DNA from: a virus | Lineage: Duplodnaviria; Caudoviricetes | DNA length: 28,005 nucleotides | IMG/VR virus record: IMGVR_UViG_3300048802_000008 | Location: 1-28,005 of that record | Strand: one strand, 5' to 3' | Shown here: piece by piece, positions 15,789 to 25,300 of the stretch | Position numbering within the stretch: the stretch's first letter is position 1 | Layout of the letters: each line of letters opens with the position of its first letter | The notes under the pieces: generated by a model | Database searches by the model: none | Told to the model about the DNA's origin: nothing | Seen by the model: the letters and a program-made list of their open reading frames with translations, nothing else | Translations under genes and position numbers: made by a program

Positions 15789-16367
15789 TCAGTTTACAGG
15801 TTCGGTCCTGTTGCCCTCGATGAACCGTGCTTTGCTCAGGACCAGCTTCTGCAATTCCTCTGGCGTCATGTTCTCAGTGGGGTCGTTTTCCTTGCCGTAA
15901 CCGCAGCGCGTTAGCAGCGTGTTTGCTGCCTTCACTTGGCCATCGATGTTTCCCTTGGTTTGCGATGGGTCCAGCATCATCAATTCCATTAGGCGCCCTT
16001 CAATGTTGGACCGTGTAGCACCTACTTTTACCATGCTCTTCGCGCTCATCTTGGCAAGTTCGTGCCTGGTGTCCTCATGGAACTTTGTGAGCCAGAGACG
16101 GCCGGCCGCTGAATCCATGATCTCCTTAACCTCAGTCATGCTCATGTTAAGGTCGATCGCCGCGGATTCTCGATCCTTTTTGACACACAAGATCAGGCAG
16201 GCTAACTGCTCCTCGGTCAGCGTCAAGCATTCCATCTCTGCTTGCTCTGGACTCTTTCTGTCCTTGGCTTTCAGGGGCTTCAGCTTCTCCGGCTTGCGCT
16301 TCTCGGCAGGACGCGCAACAGGGTCGAAACCGGCTGGCCGGCGGGGCATGAGGGGCTTGTCATCCAT
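15789..16367 (-). CDS. Probable terminase small subunit
   Basis: Directly upstream of the TerL ATPase gene; helical, with GQVKAANTLL..G and a C-terminal ENMTPEELQKL typical of TerS-like proteins. The call rests mostly on position. Confidence 0.55.
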   Translation of the reverse strand: MDDKPLMPRRPAGFDPVARPAEKRKPEKLKPLKAKDRKSPEQAEMECLTLTEEQLACLILCVKKDRESAAIDLNMSMTEVKEIMDSAAGRLWLTKFHEDTRHELAKMSAKSMVKVGATRSNIEGRLMELMMLDPSQTKGNIDGQVKAANTLLTRCGYGKENDPTENMTPEELQKLVLSKARFIEGNRTEPVN

Positions 16368-16371
16368 TTGG

Positions 16372-19300
16372 TTACTTCCTTCTGGCGGATTTGATGGCGT
16401 TGATGCGCTTTGCGTTGAGGAACGGTTTCAGTTGCTCACGCTCGGCCGCTGTGGTCTTCGGATCTTCGTAGACGGCCTTGGCGTCAGTATAACTGAGTTC
16501 GAACTTGAAGACGCGCTCCAGGTAGTCGAGGTTCCGCGCTCTGGCTGCTGCGCGAATGCTGTGTTGCGTCGGATGCTCGCGTGAATAGTCCCGCTCCACT
16601 TGCTGGTCTGGTGTCAGCGGAGTGTGGGGATGGCGCACGGCATTCAGCTCGAGGGCCTGAGTGAGCGCATGGGAGCGGTCTAAGCTCTTTGGCGCGCCGC
16701 CGATCATTCCGGTGAATCGCAAAACCTTGCTTGCCGTGTCCTGCGGGCCGTAGGTACGCAGCCAGTTGTCGGCTGACATTGGCGTCAGGTCGCCGACGAC
16801 GTTGTATTTCAGGCCCTGCCACATCTCTTTGTAGAGAGGGGCATTTGGATCATAAACGTAATCGCCATTCCAGTCGCTATTCGCCATAGTGTTCCAGGCA
16901 TTGATGGCAACATCAGACACCTTACCTTTGGCGTAATTCTTTGGATTCTCAAAGCCGTGCTCGTAGTCTTTGAGTCCTGTCGGCCACGACATTCTGATGG
17001 GTTCTCCGTGCTCGTTCACCGGGCCGGTACGCGGGTGCATGGCCTCCATGGCAGCATTGGTAGCCACAGACATACCGTTGACCTCAGAGTCTTGTTGCGC
17101 CCACTGCCATGGATATTTTCCGGTTGCCAGTTTCTCGGTCACGCTGCCGAGGGTGCTGGTCAACAGAGCCATCGACAATATCCATCCGGCATTGACTCCG
17201 AGTTGCGGCAGCCGGGACGTGGCGCGCCGGGCCTGGCTCAACCAGTCGCCTTTCTTGGCCTGTGCATCCATCTTCTCGAACATCTTGTCGTCGAACATTT
17301 TGGAGCTTGTCTGCTCCTTTACGCCCTGCACCGCACCGCGCCAGGAACCAAGTGCCCACGTAGCCGACCGGAAGAAGAACTGCGCCGCGCTCTTCAAGTC
17401 ATTGTTGAGGTAGAGCGAATCCCAGTTCAGTTCGCCGAAACGGTTGTCCGTGGTCTGGGCAACCTCGCGCGCAATCTCCTCCTCGGTCTTCTCGCCGGAT
17501 GCGATCGCGTAACTGTACTGCGCCAGTTTGGTCGAGAGCAGTTCGACGGCAAATGCCCACTTCGACCGCGGGATGTAGTGATTGAAGAGCGGCGTCATCA
17601 GGCCATGACTGAGCCACGGCAGGAACTTCAAGAGACCTTTGCCGATCTCTCCGTCTTTCCAGGCGTCGAGGCAGTGGTCTCCAAAGGACCCTTGGAACTG
17701 CTGGGCGATGTTCCAGCGCAGGCCACCGGAGAAGAGCAATTCCATCAGGTGCGGGAAGTCCGGATACCGCTCCGCGAACTTCTTGCCCTCTGGAGACTCA
17801 AGGAACTCATCAGGATTCCGAGCGTACTGGATCGTCTGACCGCCGCGCTTGATGGCCGTATAGGGGGCAATCATCGCCATGGCAATATCTGCGAGTCCTG
17901 CGGAGACCTTGGTCGGGTCCAGGCCGCGAATCCCTTGGTTGACCACCTTGTCCATGCCGGTGTTGAGCACGGAGGCCATATTCTCGACCGTGATGTAGGC
18001 CCAGTGGAATGCCGAGATAGCCAGCTTCATCTCGGTCGAGAAGTTCTTGAGCTTCACGAACGCGCTCAGGACCTCGCTGCCTTTTATGTGGTCGACGCTC
18101 AGGTAGTTGTTGAGCAGCCGGGCCGCGTCCTTCTGGATTACCCAGCGTCCTGTCTGGACCGGGAAAGTGTCGCCATCGATCGATTGCACCATGCGCCAGA
18201 CGTTGCCGCTCTTGTCGTCGACATAGGCGTAATCCTTTGGCAGTTTCTTGCTGCCCTTCAGAAACATCGCCAAGCCCTGATCTTTGAAGTTGTACCAGGC
18301 GTATCGGGCCGCGACGAACTTGGCACCCTCCTGCAAGCGCCGGAGCAGCATCTCAACAGGATTCCCTAAAGGTTCCGCTCCATCGGCTACGGCTTCCTTC
18401 AGGGTGTACCGCTGCTGCTTCATGAACGCCTTGGACCCTTCAAACGGCCGACGGGACACTTGGCCAAGTCGGGCGATCTGCTGATCCTCTGTGAGCTCCT
18501 TCTCGCCGCCGGGGGCTACCTTGTAGCGGTTGGGGAAGTAGTTGGCCTTGTCGCTCAACTCCACTTGCTGAGTCCTGCGCTTGCCGAGGTTGACTGCTTC
18601 CTGCTCGCGTATCCTCTGCTGGCTCAGGACTGTCTGCATGAACTCCTGGGCGTGCTGTAGATCTTGCGTGGGCTGTTCTACGCCTCGCTGCCAGCGGTCG
18701 ACGAACTCCACTCGGTCATCAGGCGACAGCTTGTCGAGCATCTGGCTGATGCTTTGCAGGAACTGGCCGGCCTCAAAAAGACGGAGCGCAGGCTCACCGA
18801 GAGCCTTCCCCATGATGTCGAGCGCGTCTGTGTCCGCAACGGCACCCGGAGCGAACGCCGCGGCGACCTCGTGGCCCATGGCCTTGGCACTCTTGCCGGT
18901 GGACTTTACCGCACCGAGAGCTTCCTTCCAAGTTCCAACGGCTGCTTTCTTGGCGTAGCGTCCTATCGCAGCGAAGCTCGCTAGGGGCGCGAATGAACCC
19001 TCTTCTCCCTTCATCAAATCTTTGAACCGGGACGGACTCTTGGGTTTGTCGAGCTCCGCCTTGGCCTTCTCGTCGTGCGTCCGCGCTTCGTCAACGTGGC
19101 TCGGATTGGCATAAAGCGCGATCTTGCCCATGATGGCCTTGAGCGCGTCCAGTTCCCGGCCTTCCTTGACCGTGGCGCGCATCAGGCCGCCACTCGAAGC
19201 GAACTCCCCACCCTGCACCATGTCCAGCAACTTCGGATCGAGGAAGAACTTGCCGGATGCGGACTTGGATTTCTTGGTCCTGATCTCGAATCCTTCGCGG

Positions 19301-22300
19301 CGGTTGGATGGGCCGGTGATGCCGATCTCTGATCCGCTGCTCTGGAGGTACTGGTCTCCGGTTTCGAGGAATGACTTGGCTCCCTCCGGCGTCCGCATAG
19401 CGTAGGTTCCGCTCACGTCCTCCTTGATGTCGAACTTGGACGGCATCTGGATACCGAGTTTCGTGGTCCCGTCGTCCATCGTGAAGCTGATAATCCTGCC
19501 TTTGGACCCGGCCTTGAGTTCTCCGTATGCGCCCAAGAGGTTGCCTGTGATGATCTTGGCCTTCTGCCGGTCGCCGCCGTAGCCCTTGAAGAGTTGCCGC
19601 ACGTCCGCGTTGCGTCCTAGATTCGATGTGGCCAGCGAATCCATCTGTGAGCCGGGCACCTTGGTCTGCCGCAGGCCGCTGTTGACTGCGATGGTGAACT
19701 GGAGCGCACTGGGAGCGTAGGGGTTGCCCGATGGCTTCTTGGCTCCCTCTATGTTCGTTATGACTCCGTTGTAGCCTTCGCCATTGATGTCAACGTGTAC
19801 TCCGACGCCAACCCGGTAATCGTTCAGAAGCTGGCGTCCTCGGGTACGCATTTGCTGGGCGCGGTCCACCGTTCCCTGATGTGTGAGTCCTGCCAGGTAG
19901 GTCTTGTACATCGCCTCGAAGTGGTCATCCAGCGCGCGGGCCGCCAGCGTGTCGCGTTCTCTCGGCGGGAGCTTCATCGCATCAGGACCGAAAGTTTCGG
20001 CGATCTTCTCCATGACCTCTTCGGGAGTGAACGGCTTGCCTTGACGCTTGATCGAATACTCGCCGTAGTGCGCGTCCTGTCCGAATGGAGAGCTTGGATC
20101 AACTCCCTGATACATGCGCTCGATGTGAGTCTCACGGGCCGCAAAGTCGTAGGTTCGTGGTTCCAGATCGTTCTGTCCGGTCTCGTCGAGGAAGTCGATG
20201 TAGTTGGTGTAGGCCTCAGAGATTGAATCCATGAACTCCTGCTGCTGGGCTACGGGCAGGAGAGCCGAGTGGCCGGTTGCCTTCATGGCCAGCCCCTCGT
20301 TCGCGCCGGCTTGGCCCTGCTCGTTCGTGTCGGCACTCAAGCCAAGCATCCGGCTCATATCTGGATTGTCGAACAGGTATTGCGCGACGATCTTGTCACC
20401 GTATTTGTTCATCAAGTCAACGGCCTGAACTGAGGTCGCGGCGCGGGTGTTGCTGGAGACGTTGGCGTTCAGCGACTTCATCTTTTTGGCGAGGTTCATC
20501 TGTGGACGCTGCTCGGCGGGCAATGCGCTGGCCAGCATTGTGTAGAGCGGGAGAGCTACCTGTCCGGTTCTATTGATGCGACCGAGCATCTGGATAACCA
20601 CATTCACGTCCGCCGCAGGCTGCCCAACAATCATGTGTCGTGGCCTCACATCCCTGAAGTCGTGGGAAGCATGAAGAGAGATGCCCGCCGCGGCTGCGCG
20701 GTTGATAAGCAGTGCATCAAGGCCACCATTATTGAATTGCATCTGGGTGTTCACACGGTCTTTGCGTTCGATGCCAGGAACCTTCGTCAGTTTCGGAATC
20801 TCGCCGCTATAGTCGATGGCCCATTCGCGTCCTGTTATCTCGGCGATCTTGTAACCGGCCTTCGTCACTCCATTGCGGATGTAGTCGATGGGAGAAACCG
20901 GAAGATCTACTTTCAGCGCGTCGATCAAGTCTTGGGCCTCATCGTAGGCCTCGCGCACCGCAGGGCTCAAATCACTCAATGGAACCGTGACGCGCCTCTT
21001 ATCTCCCTCCAGGCCGGTTTCGTTGTAGTAGCGGGTCCGCATCAGGGTTCTGTCGGTCACTCTCGAATAATCGAGACCAGGAAGCAAATCGTCTTCAGCA
21101 AGATTGTTCCCGTCTATGTACTCTTCAAGGAATGATCCTGCTGTGTTTTCAAGGGCATATATCGGGCGCTCACCGCGCTCGATTGCCGCGACGATCTGCA
21201 CTATTGAATCGTCGCACTTCAGAGCCAGAAGCAGTTGACGAACGAGATTATGAACAGTGGAAGAAAACTCCATGTGGCTAACCGTGAGTCCCTTGCTTCC
21301 AGCCGATTTCCCTGCCGCCTTGGCTTCAGTTACGATGCGCGCAAAGTCAAGGTTATGGAACATCTTGTCGGCTTTCATAATCGCGCGCAGAATTTCTGTT
21401 ACCTGGTCTGATATGCGCGTAGCCTTCGCTTTGCCCGCTTCGTCTGTCTGATTCTTGAACTCTATCCCGTCGAAGGAACGCTCACGGCGAACGAACTGCC
21501 CAGTCTGCGCCAGCAGGCTTGTGAGGACGGCTTGGAGAGGCGCGCCGCCGGCAGTGATGGCTGAAGCAACCAGATCGCGGTCTGGGATGGCAATCGATAT
21601 GTCCGTCATGCCAGCGTAGAGCGGAAGATTGTCCGGCCGCTTTGCCCATGTGGCAGAGAGGAAGACAACGCCTTTTGAGGCTGTTGTCAGTTCAGTGAGG
21701 AAGTCTCCAGTGTTCGAGTCGCCACCTGCATTGTGGCTCTCGTCCAAGATGAAGATGGCGTTTGAGGCAATCCGCTGGAGCGTCTGTTGCTGCCGGTTGT
21801 CCTCCTTGTTGATCTGCGAGTAGGTCAAGAAGACTGCGTTGCTGCCCTTGGGTAGTTCTCCGGTCTCTCGTATCCTGTCGAGCACAGGACGCATCGCACC
21901 AGAGTTACGGAAGATTTTTGTTCCAGTGGAAGAGTCCGTGATCGAGGCATCAGCATTGAACAGAAGCGGGGTGATGGTCTGCCCAGAGCCGATGTTCTTC
22001 AAGTCGCGGTACATATCGGAGAACAGGTTTGCTTTCTCTGTCACGAAAATAGGGAGATGGCCATGCAGGTCTGCCCAGCGAATCATGGCGGCTGCAACGC
22101 GACCTTTTCCTACGCCAGTTTGGTCGGCTACGATCAAAGCCTTGCTGCGCTGCATCTGGTAGATTGCCGCGGCGATGGCGTCCGTCTGAATGCCCATAAA
22201 CGCCTCGTGCATCTCTTCCACGCTGGAATAGCCAAGCTGGTCCGTAACAAACTGGTCGAGGTCTCCTACTTCTTCGTGGACAACCTCCATTGCTCTCAGC

Positions 22301-25300
22301 ATGGGATCTACGAGAGCTTTCGGCGCCATGATCCCCACGTCTTTCTTTTCAGACATTGGTTTGAATGTCGCCTGGAACTGGTTGCTCTCATCCGCTAGAG
22401 CATTTGCAGAATGTCCATCAGGCTTGGCAGGTTCTCGTCTGACAGTTCGCGGGGCGGGTTGTCCTTCTGCCAGTCGATCTGAGAAAGCAATATCTCCATC
22501 AGGTCGAGTTGTAGAATCTGCGCTGCCCACTGCGAAGGAGGGCACCCTACCGGAATGGCTGATAGGTCCGACCCCACCCCGGACGACGTTCCCGCTGCTT
22601 CCAGTTCCCGCTTCGCTCGTATCGGGTTGTCCTGAATCAGTCGGTCGATTTGGTCCTGTAGCAGTTCTGGATACTGCTCCGGTGTCGGCGCTTTCGTCCC
22701 GCACGGGACCGCCAGCGACATCGTTGGCCGGTCGTTTCCCTGCAAGATTGGTGCCCAGATGTTCAGCAGCTTTGTCATAAACCTCTCCCCACGTCTTCAG
22801 ACGTTGAATGGCGGCGGCATCCGGGCTTACCTTGGCGGACCGGACTCGACCGTCGATTGCGATCAGGCGAACAGGGAACGATGCCCCCTGGCGCGAGTAC
22901 AGGTCTCCATCAAGCTCGAAGTCGGAGACGACGTTGTAGTGAGCGTAGAGCCAGTTGAAGAATGGCCGGACCTGGTTGGTGATCTCGCCCGGCTTCTCCC
23001 GGTCTCCGGCGGCGATGATGATTGCCGCCTTCCCAGCATCCTTCATCGCTCCCAGGGCCTTAGCCACAATCAGATGGTCAAGCTTCACCACGTTGTAGCC
23101 ATCGACCTTGACGGGTCCTGCCAGCGGGCCGAATGGGGGGTTGGCGACCACGGCATCCACTCGCTCGACAGGACTCCATATCGTCGCGTCGTGCTGAGTG
23201 ACGGTGAATCCCTCATCTTGGAGTGTGGCGGCGCGCGCCGGGTTCAGTTCGTTGGCTTGCGTCATCTTCGGGTTGGCCGCGATCAGCAGCGCGCCATTCC
23301 CTGCTGTCGGCTCGTAGACGGTGGTCGTGTTCCAGGTGATGCCCGCGAAACTGTCAGCGATGAATGCTAGTGGTAGCGGCGTAGAGTACGCTTGATTCGC
23401 AATGCTGGTGCTGGTCCTGATGCTCAGGTTCGGCTGGCCCTCATAGAGTCCGACGAGCGCTTCATAGACGCCGCTCCCCCTGCCGTAGCGCCCTTTCAGG
23501 ATCATCTCTGAGGCAATCCGGTTCAGCATGGCCTCGTAGGCCTCTTGAGCCTCCTTCATGCGAATCTGGTCTGGTTCGGAGCCATCGAACTCAGTGACGA
23601 TCTTCTTCAGGTCGTTGTAGTTCTTGGGTCCTGCGCCGTGCTCGAACTTGAGTTGCAGGGCGTCAACGAGGGTCGCATCGGCGGCGGGTTCTGGCTTGGC
23701 TTCGACTTGTTTTTCAGGAGGTAACCCACTGAAGAGAACAACAGGGATTGTCTTCTTACCGTTGCGCGCGAAAGCTCCCAACCGATGAATTCCCTCGATG
23801 CTCTCGATACGAGACGGATCAGTAAGATCAACCGTCGCAACGATTGGAGTGATTTCTCCTGATTCTTGGAACTCTTCCCATAATTGTCTATCGCGCGCTT
23901 TGTTGCCTGGGTAATCAAAGATCGTCTGGGGGAACGCAGAGACCGGTACTTGACGTACTCCCGGCAGCCTGAAAGCGTCATCGTCCAACTGGTCTACAGC
24001 AGACTTCACATCCTTTGGATCAGGAGCTAAGATTCGCAGACCTTCGATCTCTTCACTGTAAATCTGAGGATAGAGGAGGTCAACTTTTTCTAGTCCCGTG
24101 CCGGGCGATGAGGATGTCTTTGGCGTCTCGGCAGGACTCGCAATCGGCTTCACGTCCTCAATGTTCTTGTTGACTGTTGAGCCGCCGTCTGTGATTCGTA
24201 CTTTCTTGCCATCTGTCCAGGCTACTTCTCCTGTACGCTCCTTGCCCTTGTTGGTCCTGTAGGTGACCTTGTCGCCCTTCTTCAGAGCCTTGCGCTCGGC
24301 TTCCTGCTCTTTCAGGAACTCCCCAAAGTCCTTCACTTCAGGCTCGGCCGCCGCTGGCTTCTCTACCGGCTTGAGTCCTGCTTTGAACTGCTCCTCGGTC
24401 AACTCAGTCCCAAACGCCAGATTGAAGTCGAAGAACGGTTTGTCGCTCGGGTCGTGATTCGTGGCCGCAACCGCAAACGAGGAGAACGCCGACCGAACCT
24501 TGTCAATCGGATCGTCCAGCTTCTTGAGGATGGCCTCTACGACTGGACCCTGCTCGTAAGTGTCCTGTCCACGGAATATTTGGTCGTACCGCTCTGTGGC
24601 CGCAACGATCTGCTCTTGAAGGTTCCATCCATCTCCTGCTGAGAGGATGCCTTTGATTGCTCCCATCGTCCCTAAGAGCTTCTGTTTCAGGAAGTCCGGT
24701 GTCTGCTCTATCACTTCTGGGGGCAACAGTTCACCGAGTAGGGCATCTCCTACTTTGGCTTTGGCGGAAGTGGTGAGTAGTCCGGTCTTTGCGTTCACGT
24801 TCTCTGCACTATTGGTGATAATACCATCGTTCACCAGAGCCTGAGCAATAAAGTTTCCAGTGTCCTTGTGTCGCAGAACGTCGTCGAGTGTGGCCGTGGG
24901 GTCTGTTGAGGCGTGGTCATCGACCAGTGCGGTGAGTCCTGTCGCGGCCTCGGGGGGGAGCGTAATCGGCTTCAAGATGGACTTCGGAATCGGCTGGACG
25001 CTCTCCTTATCGAAGAGGTACATCTCCGCCGAGTCTTTGTCGGACTGGGAGGGTTTGTCGCGATTGGCCTCGAACTGGCGCAGGTTGAACTCATCGCCCC
25101 TGGCGCGCGCTTCTGCAATGGCGTTGTCCATCAGCCATTGGTCAACCCGCTTGACGGTGTTTCCAGCCTTACGGTTTGAGTCATTATCGATCTTCGGGAA
25201 GGGAGTTGTCTTGCGTCCTGTCGCCGTCAAGACCACTTCTCCGGCGGCCAGCATCATGCCAACTTCTCCGCGCTTAACCTCTTTAGATTCTCCGGAGACT

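Noticed and set aside
16957-18369. 470-aa ORF on the + strand (and other + strand ORFs within 13800-27800)
   Set aside because: Antisense shadows of the giant and terminase genes; no recognisable domains.
22395-22778. 127-aa same-strand alternative-frame ORF within the linker between the MTase and helicase domains
   Set aside because: It reads as protein-like and overlaps a low-complexity linker, so an overprinted gene is possible. The support is only a weak GAGG upstream of the start and no recognisable domain, which is not enough to call it.
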